Origin: an uncultured virus (IMG/VR IMGVR_UViG_3300027712_000027)
Lineage: Duplodnaviria > Heunggongvirae > Uroviricota > Caudoviricetes
Virus record (IMG/VR): IMGVR_UViG_3300027712_000027
Length of the DNA: 64,000 nucleotides
Direction: 5' to 3' (one strand)
Translations under genes and position numbers: made by a program
Shown here: positions 29,585 to 38,429 of the stretch, piece by piece
How the letters are laid out: each line of letters opens with the position of its first letter
Position numbering within the stretch: position 1 is the stretch's first letter
Notes under the pieces: generated by a model
The model's database searches: none
What the model saw: only the letters and a program-made list of their open reading frames with translations
Told to the model about the DNA's origin: nothing

Positions 29585-29754
29585 ACCATAATTCTTTACA
29601 GAATTATTATGCGACTAACTTCTCTTTAATTCAACATCATAAATATTCGATTAGCGATATCGAAAATCTTATACCTTTTGAAAGAGACATTTATGTTGAG
29701 ATGTTACTAAAATATCTACAAGAAGTAGAAGATGCTAAGAGAAGGCAAGAGTAA
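29575..29754 (+). CDS. Baseplate hub assembly protein gp51 (absent from the ORF track; -1 frame relative to gp26)
   Basis: MALNHNSLQNYYATNFSLIQHHKYSISDIENLIPFERDIYVEMLLKYLQE. Confidence 0.88.
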   Translation: MALNHNSLQNYYATNFSLIQHHKYSISDIENLIPFERDIYVEMLLKYLQEVEDAKRRQE

Positions 29755-32244
29755 ATGGCTGGTGCAGAATTATCCCAAATCGCAAGATCTATTAGTAATT
29801 TTGGTTCTACTGTAAGCCAATTTAGACAAGCTTCGACACAACATAACGAAAATGTTAAAGGAATTCTTAAAGACGTTCATAATGTCTTTAAGAATCAAAG
29901 TCAATCTATCAATAGTATGAGTACTTCGATTGAGAATGCTATTTCTGATTCTCAAGACCAAGTTACTGGTAAAATAAACACAACAAATAGTTTACTTGAA
30001 AACTCCGTGCAAGTTCAAAACATGATGCTGCAGCAGCTTGGCATGATGACTAACCTTATGAAACAAGTTGCACAAAATACTATGATGATGATGTATAACG
30101 GAGGTGGTGGCGGTGGATCTGGAAATGATACAGAGCGTTTAACAAATATTCAAAAAAATAAAGAGTTTAGCGCCCAAAAAATAGATAACGTAAAAAAAGC
30201 TAGTGTAAGACCAGGAGGCGGTGGACGTCTCGGTACTGCATTGAAGTGGATGCTAGGTATTGGTGCTGCTGGTGCTGCTGTTTATGGCGGAAATGAAGCA
30301 TTAAATAATTTACCCGGTGGTAAGCTGCCCAGCGCTGGAGCGGCTGGCGAAGGAACTTTTGGAGGTAAAGTACCAGCTGATGGATCAGCATATCCATCTT
30401 CGGGTGGTTTACCTTCGAGGAGCGGTGGAAATATAGATACAGTACCCGGTGGAGCTCCTGAAAATAGTGCTAGTGGTGGACCTGTCGGTGGTACTGGCGG
30501 TAGTACCGGAGGTGTAAAAGCAGCAGGACAAAGAGGTTCTGCTTCGGAGGCTATGCAATTCTTTAGATCTAAAGGATGGTCAAAAGAGCATGCTGCTGGT
30601 ATCGTCGGTAATTTACAACACGAGTCTGTAAATTTTGCTGCAGATGTAATATCAGGAAAAAGAAAAGGAGATAATGAATCTGCGGTCGGTATAGCTCAAT
30701 GGCATGCACCTAGACAAAAACAGTTTAAACAATTATACGGAAAAGATTTAATAGGATCTACATTCCAAGAACAATTAGAATTCGTACAATGGGAATTGAC
30801 TCATACATATAAAAAAGCCGGTGATGCATTAAAAGGTGCTAAAACAGCAGATGCAGCTGCAATACTAATTGATGAAATGTATGAAAAATCAGATGGTACT
30901 AAACGAAGAGAAAGAGTAAATAATGCTGTTTCGCTTTCTGGAGTACCGGATGCAAAACCAGCGAATAGTACTAACGTTATTACATCTCCTCCTACACCTA
31001 TATCAGGAGCTGGTGCTGCACAACCAACTGGTGGTGCCAGTGTTGCACCACAAACTAGTCCACAAACTAGTCCAACGAGTCCACAAACTAGTCCAACGAG
31101 TCCACAAACTAGTCCAACGAGTCCGGCTGCTGGTGGCGAACAACAACCAACTGCACCACAAACAAATGGTACAGGGTTAACACCACAGGGTGGTGCACCA
31201 CAGGGTGGTGAATCAACAAAAAGAGATGAAGTCGTTCCTAGAGGCGGAAACGTTCGACAAGAACAATCTGGAATTCGAAGTGGCAAAATTAGCCCAAGTC
31301 TTCTTTCTCTTTTACAAAAATCAGCTGCAGCTGCTGGTGTTGATGTAGTTGTAAAATCAGGAGGACAACCATCTCAAGGTGGTGGACGAAGAACTGGCTC
31401 CACAAGACATGATAATGGTAATGCTGCTGACTTAGATTTATATCAAGGCGGTAAAAGATTAACACCAAAAACTAATGCTGATATATTTAAGAAATTTGTA
31501 ATGAAAGCTAAGTCCGAAGGGGCGACAGGTTTCGGCGCTGGTGAAGAATATATGGATCCTGATGGAGCAAGAATACACGTTGGATATGGTAAAGAAGGTA
31601 TTTGGGGTAAAGATAAAACTAATGCTACTGCCGCAGATTGGTTAAGAGAAGCAACACAATCCAGTGATAACAATAGAGCTCCTGGCCATCCATTTGATCA
31701 AGGTGGCCAAGGCCAATCTAGTATGGGAGCTGGTGGTAAACAAAATCAAGATGGAAATGAAGGGTTGAATACTGGAAATACAGATCCATATTCAAACGGA
31801 TATCAGGGCGGAAGAAGAATGAGATCTGATCCGTTTGATGGTAATGTATTAGGTGGAATTGGCCAGATGTTTGGTGGACGTGCTGGGGGCTTAATTGGCA
31901 CGGTACTGAATCAATTACTCAGTGGTTTGTCTAACAGTGGTTCTGAAAATAACAGAACACAAGCAACTATGATGTCTCAAAATCAAAATCAGAATCGTGC
32001 TTCGGCGTTAAACCAAACTGCTGCACAACAAGATGCATTGAGAGAAAGAGCTGCACAACAAACTGCTATGCAGCAACCAACACAGCAACAACAAGTTGCA
32101 GATCAAGTGCCAACATCAAATCGTTCTGATAGTGCTATGGATCCTCAAACTGCAGCTTTCTTTGCTGGTGGCGTAGATGTCAGCTGGTATGAAAAATTAA
32201 AACAAGCATATCCACACGATCTTACAAACGTGAGATTTGCATAA
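29755..32244 (+). CDS. Tape-measure/hub-like protein with tail-lysozyme and M15-type peptidase domains
   Basis: Helical N-terminus; GWSKEHAAGIVGNLQHES...GIAQW...Q..F..WEL (phage tail lysozyme); STRHDNGNAADL...IHVG (Zn-peptidase-like). Confidence 0.7.
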   Translation: MAGAELSQIARSISNFGSTVSQFRQASTQHNENVKGILKDVHNVFKNQSQSINSMSTSIENAISDSQDQVTGKINTTNSLLENSVQVQNMMLQQLGMMTNLMKQVAQNTMMMMYNGGGGGGSGNDTERLTNIQKNKEFSAQKIDNVKKASVRPGGGGRLGTALKWMLGIGAAGAAVYGGNEALNNLPGGKLPSAGAAGEGTFGGKVPADGSAYPSSGGLPSRSGGNIDTVPGGAPENSASGGPVGGTGGSTGGVKAAGQRGSASEAMQFFRSKGWSKEHAAGIVGNLQHESVNFAADVISGKRKGDNESAVGIAQWHAPRQKQFKQLYGKDLIGSTFQEQLEFVQWELTHTYKKAGDALKGAKTADAAAILIDEMYEKSDGTKRRERVNNAVSLSGVPDAKPANSTNVITSPPTPISGAGAAQPTGGASVAPQTSPQTSPTSPQTSPTSPQTSPTSPAAGGEQQPTAPQTNGTGLTPQGGAPQGGESTKRDEVVPRGGNVRQEQSGIRSGKISPSLLSLLQKSAAAAGVDVVVKSGGQPSQGGGRRTGSTRHDNGNAADLDLYQGGKRLTPKTNADIFKKFVMKAKSEGATGFGAGEEYMDPDGARIHVGYGKEGIWGKDKTNATAADWLREATQSSDNNRAPGHPFDQGGQGQSSMGAGGKQNQDGNEGLNTGNTDPYSNGYQGGRRMRSDPFDGNVLGGIGQMFGGRAGGLIGTVLNQLLSGLSNSGSENNRTQATMMSQNQNQNRASALNQTAAQQDALRERAAQQTAMQQPTQQQQVADQVPTSNRSDSAMDPQTAAFFAGGVDVSWYEKLKQAYPHDLTNVRFA
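31048..31122 (+). repeat. 21-bp tandem repeat x3 plus a partial copy (PQTSPTS linker)
   Basis: ccacaaactagtccaacgagt repeated. Confidence 0.9.
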
Positions 32245-32245
32245 T

Positions 32246-32274
32246 AAAAAAGGGGAGCTGAAAAGCTCCCCTTA
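32246..32274. terminator. Intrinsic terminator between convergent genes
   Basis: A-run, then GGGGAGCT-GAAA-AGCTCCCC hairpin (U-tail on the minus strand). Confidence 0.85.
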
Positions 32275-32277
32275 ATC

Positions 32278-33198
32278 TTAACGTGCAAGGCTCTTAAAGT
32301 GAGCCATCAAATCATCATCTTCATCATCAGACGCTGTTGCAATAGTTCCTGCAACAGCTGACTTAAACTTAGGAGTTTCCTCCTCGCGAGCCCAAGGAGC
32401 ATCTTCCTCAATTGCACGAGCAACCTTATTCTTAGGTGTTGAAGCATCATCAAGAACCTTGAGTAAACGAGATTGAAGTTCGTCGTAGCTCTTGAAGTTA
32501 GAAGGTGCAAGGAATTCCTGAAGCGAATATTCCTTTTTCCAAATAGTTTCTAGTGCTTCATCATCATCAAGAAGAGGCTTTGCCTTATCAAATTCAGACT
32601 TATCGTAGTTACGATAACCTTCAACATTACGAATTTTGAGCTTGAAGTTCGCACCTGCCCAAAGATCAAAAGGATTCATTGCCTGTTCGTCTGCGAACTG
32701 AGGATTCATAGCCTCATTAAGCTTATCAAAGATTTTCTTGCCGTACTTATAGAGGAAAACTTTACCTTCATTGGCAGGATTACCCTGATCACTAACGACA
32801 TAAATGTTAGAGATAAAGTGAAGTCGACGCTTCTGCTTACGTACCTGAGTACGTTCCGGACCCTTATCGTCAGTCGACGAGTTCCAGAGCTTTGAATTAT
32901 ACTCGGAAACAGGATCCTGCTTGCCGATTGTAGTCAAAGAATTTTCGATGTACCAAAGACCAGTCGAACCCTGGAAACCATGGTCAAACATACGAATAAA
33001 AGGAACATCTTCATCTGAAGGAGCGGGAAGGAAACGAATAACAGCGTAACCATTACCAGCCTTATCGACTGTGGCAGTCCAAAAGCGATCATCAGATCCC
33101 TTTGACTCCTGATTACCTGTAAGCTTGGTAAGCTCTGCACTAAGTGCATCGAGAGACTTCTTACCAGACTGAGACTTGAGCTTAGAAAAATCTACCAT
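32278..33198 (-). CDS. Single-stranded DNA-binding protein gp32
   Basis: DDRFW...DKAGNGYAVIRFLPAP; WYIENSLTT; YGKKIFDK; NPFDLW.GANFKLKIR; acidic tail. Confidence 0.95.
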   Translation of the reverse strand: MVDFSKLKSQSGKKSLDALSAELTKLTGNQESKGSDDRFWTATVDKAGNGYAVIRFLPAPSDEDVPFIRMFDHGFQGSTGLWYIENSLTTIGKQDPVSEYNSKLWNSSTDDKGPERTQVRKQKRRLHFISNIYVVSDQGNPANEGKVFLYKYGKKIFDKLNEAMNPQFADEQAMNPFDLWAGANFKLKIRNVEGYRNYDKSEFDKAKPLLDDDEALETIWKKEYSLQEFLAPSNFKSYDELQSRLLKVLDDASTPKNKVARAIEEDAPWAREEETPKFKSAVAGTIATASDDEDDDLMAHFKSLAR

Positions 33199-33265
33199 GT
33201 GTATTCTCCGTATTGATTGTATGACAATGTATGTTATGTATAGAGCTGTATAAGTCGCTCAACAT

Positions 33266-33299
33266 TATTTAGTATACTACTATTCTTCGAAATAGTCAA
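33266..33299 (-). promoter_or_regulatory. Overlapping early and late promoters for gp32
   Basis: TTGACT-17-TATACT followed by TAAATA. Confidence 0.7.
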
Positions 33300-33861
33300 G
33301 GGCTATCTTTACCAACTTGTCTTTTTCATATTTGATGAATGGTAAGTACTTCTCAATTTTGGTTTTGAATGATTCCCAAACCAAATCGTATTCCATCTTA
33401 GTGTCCCACATTGCCTTGGCGCCGGAAAACTCAAGAAGGATGCAAAGTGTCTCAAGGCTAATTTCTTTACCAAGAAACTTTTTAAGAAGAAGAGGATGTT
33501 CTCCTGATTTGCATGTGAAATTGTTTTTTAAAACTCGATCTAATTTTTCCAGATCGTTCTGAAAAATATATGTTAGAGACTGTTGACGCTTGATCCAAGC
33601 CTTATATGTTTTCTCGGCAGATTCACTATATGCCAACTCTTTAATCCAAGCTTTATCATTCTCGGATAAGTTTGCTACTAGAAAATTGGTAACATCTGGA
33701 TGTTTAGCGAGTTTCTGAAAGAAAAGCTTATCTTTACGTGCATCAAATGTGGCAGCATTAACTTTAACTTTGCCATTGTATTTGAAATAATCATAGTTCG
33801 GTTTCGAGAAATGCTGCTTGATAGCAAGGTACTGTTGATAACATTCGAGCGCTGACATCAA
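33280..33861 (-). CDS. Helicase loader gp59
   Basis: YLAIKQHF...YDYFKYNGK...F..RKDK.FF.KL; HP.LLK..L...IS.ET. Confidence 0.85.
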   Translation of the reverse strand: MMSALECYQQYLAIKQHFSKPNYDYFKYNGKVKVNAATFDARKDKLFFQKLAKHPDVTNFLVANLSENDKAWIKELAYSESAEKTYKAWIKRQQSLTYIFQNDLEKLDRVLKNNFTCKSGEHPLLLKKFLGKEISLETLCILLEFSGAKAMWDTKMEYDLVWESFKTKIEKYLPFIKYEKDKLVKIALDYFEE

Positions 33862-34157
33862 GGTTTCAACCCGTTCTCGATAAAAATTTGTTCAAGCTGT
33901 TTCTTAAACTGCTCTGGTGTATCAAGTAGATATGACTGATAAATTTGAAATGGAATATCTGTTTTCTTATAGTAGATAACATAGCCACGAGCCTGAAGTG
34001 CATCAACTAGTTCGTCATCACTCAATTCATCAATTTTTTTAAAGCTTTCAGGATCAGAACTTACTGAGTAGCCACGAGACTCAAGTTCATCTTTCAATTC
34101 CAATTCGTCGAAATCACTAAGATCTACATCGATCTCGGTTGTATATGTAGCCATCAC
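33858..34157 (-). CDS. Hypothetical protein
   Basis: 99 aa with a duplicated D.EL..EL..RGY motif. Confidence 0.6.
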   Translation of the reverse strand: MMATYTTEIDVDLSDFDELELKDELESRGYSVSSDPESFKKIDELSDDELVDALQARGYVIYYKKTDIPFQIYQSYLLDTPEQFKKQLEQIFIENGLKP

Positions 34158-34162
34158 AACTC

Positions 34163-34390
34163 CTACAGTGGCAAGCGTGCACCACGTTTAAGAACATTAA
34201 GATTTTCTGCTTCGGCTTGAATTTTAGCTCTCATTGCCGGATCTTTGCGAATCCAGTATGCAGCAGTTTCAACTTCTAGCTTATTCTTATCGCACCACAT
34301 AACAACAGCGTCGATATACTCAATGTTTTTGGTTCGACAAAGTTTTTCGATGTCAGAAACAAATGTATTATTCTTCAAAACTGTTTCCAC
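34163..34390 (-). CDS. Late-transcription coactivator gp33
   Basis: IE......IEYIDAVV.WC..N.LEVE...KIQAEAENLN.LK...RLPL. Confidence 0.85.
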   Translation of the reverse strand: METVLKNNTFVSDIEKLCRTKNIEYIDAVVMWCDKNKLEVETAAYWIRKDPAMRAKIQAEAENLNVLKRGARLPL

Positions 34391-34562
34391 AAGAACCTCA
34401 TTGTTAAAAGCTCACTCGATAAAATAATTAGCTTCGGTTTCCATATTGCTTATTCCACATCCAAGAGCTAAAACGAACAGCTTTTTGGGCGATAAAATTA
34501 GCTAATTTACTATTCCATAGCCAGTGGCTATAACATTCATTCATAATTTAACTCCTGTAAAA

Positions 34563-34654
34563 TGGTAGGCGTGCTAGGATTTGAACCTAGTCAAGAACAC
34601 CCGTCCGGTGCTAAAGAGTTTATAAATCTCTCCCGTGTACCAACACCCACGCCC
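34563..34654 (-). tRNA. Non-canonical tRNA, anticodon UAU (nominally Ile/AUA), long variable arm
   Basis: GGGCGTG/CACGCCT-ACCA acceptor; CTAGG-TTCAAAT-CCTAG T arm; TT-TAT-AA loop; minimal D arm. Confidence 0.75.
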
Positions 34655-34657
34655 AAT

Positions 34658-34734
34658 TGGCGGTCCCTGAGGGATTCGAACCCCCGACATACGGAGTAGA
34701 AATCCGTTGTTCTATCCAGCTGAACTAAGGAACC
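34658..34734 (-). tRNA. tRNA-Arg(UCU)
   Basis: Canonical cloverleaf; ACGGA-TTTCTAC-TCCGT anticodon arm; encoded CCA. Confidence 0.95.
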
Positions 34735-34794
34735 AGAAACTCTTAATAGATTCACACCATACACGGTATAAGATATATGGTGTGAACATATTCA

Positions 34795-34905
34795 TTACAT
34801 ACCACCAAATAGCTTGGTGTAAATTTTAGCAATAAAAGTTGGCTGTGGAAGTGCATTCCAACCAACAACAACACCAACTGCAAATCCTATAATAAGTTCA
34901 AACAT
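34795..34905 (-). CDS. Small membrane peptide (36 aa)
   Basis: MFELIIGFAVGVVVGWNALPQP...; AGGAG ribosome-binding site. Confidence 0.6.
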   Translation of the reverse strand: MFELIIGFAVGVVVGWNALPQPTFIAKIYTKLFGGM

Positions 34906-34957
34906 ATTAATCTCCTATGAAAAATTAGATGAGGGGATAAGCTCCCCTCTGGCTTTA

Positions 34958-35161
34958 TTACTTCTTATCTGTAAAGTCTTTGATCTGTTCGGCAAGAGCA
35001 AAGATATCTTGCCGACTAGGATACTTTAAGGAAGAAAATCGTTTATTCTTTTCTTCTTTATCTTCACAATACTGAATTTCTGCAAAATTAGCCTGATACT
35101 CACCGATAAGCAAATCACGGGCAGCATGGAAATAGTTAAAACGCATTTCATACGGGTTCAT
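34958..35161 (-). CDS. Conserved small T4-like hypothetical protein
   Basis: MNPYEMRF...YPS..DI..LAE.IKDF; ACACAGGAG ribosome-binding site; GAGGGG hairpin downstream. Confidence 0.65.
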   Translation of the reverse strand: MNPYEMRFNYFHAARDLLIGEYQANFAEIQYCEDKEEKNKRFSSLKYPSRQDIFALAEQIKDFTDKK

Positions 35162-35206
35162 TTTTAGTCTCCTGTGTGTTTGTGCATTATGCACTGTGTG
35201 TTAATA

Positions 35207-35465
35207 GGTCCGTTCTGTTTCTAGGTGGAACCCATACCCAAGGTGATTACGCTGCTAGAGCGAATTCCTGTGCAAAGTTATCGTTTGCATTTATATCAGC
35301 CTTGGTCTACTCGTACCTTTACTATCAATAATCGAGCCTATTTCGCCCCCATCATATGTGGTCTGACTTCACAGACTGTAGAGTGAACTATCTCTAGCAC
35401 ATATGGTGGAGGCGTTGGGTACTGCCCCCAAGTCTTACTGATTTATTCTTTACGTCTCAACAACC
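35207..35465 (-). ncRNA. ssrA: Circularly permuted two-piece tmRNA (alphaproteobacterial type)
   Basis: Acceptor piece ending TTGGGGGCAGTACCCAACGCCTCCACCA (35404), 53-nt spacer, then coding piece starting GGGGGCGAAATAGGCTCGA (35350) with tag ANDNFAQEFALAA* at 35288-35247; outer ends approximate. Confidence 0.92.
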
Positions 35466-35474
35466 TTAGCATAG

Positions 35475-35508
35475 TATTTATTATACTACAAAAGTTTACA
35501 TTCGTCAA
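35475..35508 (-). promoter_or_regulatory. Dual early/late promoter for the tmRNA
   Basis: TTGACG-17-TATAAT overlapping TAAATA. Confidence 0.7.
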
Positions 35509-35740
35509 GTGTTTTCTTGATATAATCTTCAGCTTCAGCAACAGGCATGTAATACTTAAGAAGAATTTCCATAGCTTTTTTAAGAACACAATCTTGGATA
35601 AGATCTTCATGAAGATGCGGTGGAAGATCAGTTCGATTTTTCAATGAAGCGATATCTTTACAAATCAAAGTATAATCATCTTTAATTGTGGAAAGAACCA
35701 TCTCTTCTTTAACTTCTTGGGTAATCTTAATCATATACAT
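35486..35740 (-). CDS. Hypothetical protein
   Basis: 84-aa ORF coupled to the upstream gene. Confidence 0.55.
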   Translation of the reverse strand: MYMIKITQEVKEEMVLSTIKDDYTLICKDIASLKNRTDLPPHLHEDLIQDCVLKKAMEILLKYYMPVAEAEDYIKKTLDECKLL

Positions 35741-36165
35741 TACAGAATCTCCAGCTTATCTTTAACAACCTTAAAATTCACCAGTTTGATATTATCATTA
35801 CCACCATATCGAAGATAGTCACGTCCGCCGTCGATAAAGGTACCACATCCAGTGCCACGATAGTCATGACGGTATCGAGAATATGTTACCTCGCTATTGC
35901 ACTCGATACCAGTATATGTAACATCTTCAACTCCTGACAAAGCATCGGTAACGTACATATATCCATCACGGTTATATGCTCCCATATAGTTCGAACCCTG
36001 TGGATGTGGTTCCTCACTATAGAAGATAGCAATGGGGAAATTAACCCAACTACCTTCTGTATTCTTAAGACAGGACTCAAACACATATTTAACGTTGAAC
36101 TTCTCTTCAATCAACTTGACTGTTTCATCGGTAAAAATAGAGCATTCATTTAGGATCTTCATCAC
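35740..36165 (-). CDS. Conserved phage hypothetical protein
   Basis: YSRYRHDY...IDGGRDYLR motif. Confidence 0.7.
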   Translation of the reverse strand: MMKILNECSIFTDETVKLIEEKFNVKYVFESCLKNTEGSWVNFPIAIFYSEEPHPQGSNYMGAYNRDGYMYVTDALSGVEDVTYTGIECNSEVTYSRYRHDYRGTGCGTFIDGGRDYLRYGGNDNIKLVNFKVVKDKLEIL

Positions 36166-37280
36166 ACCACCCTCATAATAACAGTATTCTCGTTAATACG
36201 CTCCTGAAGAACCTTATCGGTTTTCATCTCATCCATAAGTTTACGCAGAACGAGTTTACCACTCGACTGAATTTTCTGGATAATCGCCTCCGCAGAACGT
36301 CCGGCACTCTTACTAAAGCTAGTATTAGGATCAAATCCAGTAATACTAGCACGCTTTACCTGAAGCCCACCACGATCAATCGCACGAAATACTGTGACAA
36401 TTTTATATTTCGTGTTGAACGTCCAGAGTTCCTGTGCTCCGATAATCTTTTCGGGATTAACCGAGGCGATCTTGAACGTATTATCTTCCTTCTGATAACG
36501 GAAGTTCTTGAGAATTTTTTCCTTTGAAAGAGGACGAGCCTTACGGGGAGCACGAGTTTTCTTGGCGACACCAGCATACTTTTCGGCGTCTTCAAGAAGA
36601 GAGTTGATGAAGTCAATACGCTCCTTCAACTGTTTCTTAGTCATATATGAGTATGCTTCCTTAAGCTGAGGGCATTTACCATCATACGCCTCGAGAAGTT
36701 CACCAAGCCATGGAGCATAATAATTAACAATAGAAGTGCAATATGTGGCAGGAATACTACGACCTTTCAACCAATCATAGAGGGAAAATTTTTCATCAGA
36801 ATCAATAGCTTGTTCAATATCGCCGATAATATCCTGAGTTTTTTCACGAATACGATCTTGAATAGAAATCACATTCGTCTTATTTTCTCTCTTTTCGACC
36901 GGAGCCGTAGAGTGAGAGAGCATCATCTTGATTTTTGATTCAAGAAATGTTTTACCAGTTTCAGGAATAACATACCCTTTGGACAGCAATCGTGAAATTG
37001 CAGCGGCAGAAACATTAAACCATGAATCCGGAACAGAGTTGATACGCTTGGCTTCGACAAAACGATTAGAGTTCTTAAGGTAGGTGTCAAGAAACTCCCG
37101 ACACTCCTTAAGATCACACATGGTATTATACCAATTCAGAGCCTTGGCATAATCGAGATTGTCGAGAGGCTTGGTGAAAACAGGCTCGTCACCCATGTAC
37201 TTGAAATTGACAAGGAAAGTCTCGTTACGTGTAACACGAGTCTTTTTCTTCTTCATAACAATAAGTGAACGCTTTGCCAT
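36162..37280 (-). CDS. Conserved T4-like hypothetical protein
   Basis: ALNWYN...; QLKEAYS; S.NPEKIIGAQELWTFNTKY; RINENT; has its own early promoter at 37304-37332. Confidence 0.8.
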   Translation of the reverse strand: MAKRSLIVMKKKKTRVTRNETFLVNFKYMGDEPVFTKPLDNLDYAKALNWYNTMCDLKECREFLDTYLKNSNRFVEAKRINSVPDSWFNVSAAAISRLLSKGYVIPETGKTFLESKIKMMLSHSTAPVEKRENKTNVISIQDRIREKTQDIIGDIEQAIDSDEKFSLYDWLKGRSIPATYCTSIVNYYAPWLGELLEAYDGKCPQLKEAYSYMTKKQLKERIDFINSLLEDAEKYAGVAKKTRAPRKARPLSKEKILKNFRYQKEDNTFKIASVNPEKIIGAQELWTFNTKYKIVTVFRAIDRGGLQVKRASITGFDPNTSFSKSAGRSAEAIIQKIQSSGKLVLRKLMDEMKTDKVLQERINENTVIMRVV

Positions 37281-37338
37281 CTCGACTCTCCAATTTAGAA
37301 CCTATTGTACCTTAATTTTCAAAAGAAGTCAATAGATA

Positions 37339-38298
37339 TTACGCAGCCTCCGCCATTTCAACAGCGAGTTCAAGAGCCTTAGTTTTAAGACCCTTATTGT
37401 AACCATACCAGGCAGAGGCAAGACGAGTATCTGCCGTACGGCCGACGAGATGGTCAGTAATATAAGTGATGGCATTAAAAGGCTGCCACCAAGATCCTTC
37501 GGCAAAACCAGCTCCTGGCTGAGTATGGAGGATATCCATAGCCATAAGAGCATTCTTTGAGATTTCCTTCTTCTTAATAGTAGAAGAACCAGTCACGGGG
37601 AAAATACGAGTGAAGTAATCGACGATATCCTCATCCTTGGCTTTCTTAGAACCGAGGAAGCTAGCCATCTCCTTGTACTTCTGAAGCTTATCAGTTGCGA
37701 TACCGAGCATTTCCTTGACATTACCTGGCTCAAAGATCTTTCGGTGAGAGATCTTTGCCATACGCTCCACCTTACTATTCAGTGAAAGAGTAAGGGTGTT
37801 ATTACAAACCACACGGATCGGAGTAAACCGAACGTCCGTGGAGAAACCGTACTTATGGAAGTTAGAGAAAAGCAGGTAAGAGTCGATCTGGTCACCCTTG
37901 AAGAGTTCGAAACTCTCCTTGACCTTGGCAAGTCCCCAAACGATCTGACCTTCCTTGAGAGAACCAGCCGTATGCATTTCCATATCACCGGCAGCAACGA
38001 AATCATTGAAGAACTCGAAGGCTTCCTGATTTTGAACTGGATTCCAGTCGTTAGAAACAACGTCAAGAATTTTATCATCACGTGAACGAACAAGGGCCGA
38101 CTGACCAATATTCACTTGCTTACCTGCGATATTAGCAAAGGCAGGAATCTTTTCCACAGTCCAGTCAAGACCGGCAGCTTCGAGCATCTGTTCCGGGGTA
38201 AGATCATTCGGAACCTTAGTACCGAGACCGTGCCAAGGAAGAGCTCCGGCATATGCCATCTGAGCAACACCATCAATTTCTTCAATCATATGAGCCAT
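37339..38298 (-). CDS. DUF932 (phage/plasmid-like TIGR03299) protein
   Basis: MAYAG.LPWHGLG...AGLDW.V; QN.EAF.FF; TPIRVVCNNTL; start moved to MAHMIE, downstream of the promoter at 38348-38376. Confidence 0.85.
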   Translation of the reverse strand: MAHMIEEIDGVAQMAYAGALPWHGLGTKVPNDLTPEQMLEAAGLDWTVEKIPAFANIAGKQVNIGQSALVRSRDDKILDVVSNDWNPVQNQEAFEFFNDFVAAGDMEMHTAGSLKEGQIVWGLAKVKESFELFKGDQIDSYLLFSNFHKYGFSTDVRFTPIRVVCNNTLTLSLNSKVERMAKISHRKIFEPGNVKEMLGIATDKLQKYKEMASFLGSKKAKDEDIVDYFTRIFPVTGSSTIKKKEISKNALMAMDILHTQPGAGFAEGSWWQPFNAITYITDHLVGRTADTRLASAWYGYNKGLKTKALELAVEMAEAA

Positions 38299-38386
38299 AA
38301 CAAAGATCCTTTTATCGGGTCGCGACCAGCTCGCCAACCATATACATAGTATACCTTAGATTTAATAACAAGTCAACAGTTATTTT

Positions 38387-38413
38387 AAAAAAAGAGGGAC
38401 CCGAAGATCCCTC
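38387..38413 (-). terminator. Intrinsic terminator
   Basis: AGAGGGATC-TTCG-GGTCCCTCT followed by a T-run on the minus strand. Confidence 0.8.
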
Positions 38414-38429
38414 TAATCGTAAAACGTTC

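Noticed and set aside
34563..34654. tRNA-Sec, tRNA-Pyl or suppressor interpretation
   Set aside because: The centred anticodon is TAT, not TCA or CTA, and the acceptor/T stems are 7/5
34751..34786. 11-bp hairpin TTCACACCATA/TATGGTGTGAA upstream of tRNA-Arg
   Set aside because: A real inverted repeat, but most simply a processing or stability stem; there is no evidence for a separate RNA gene
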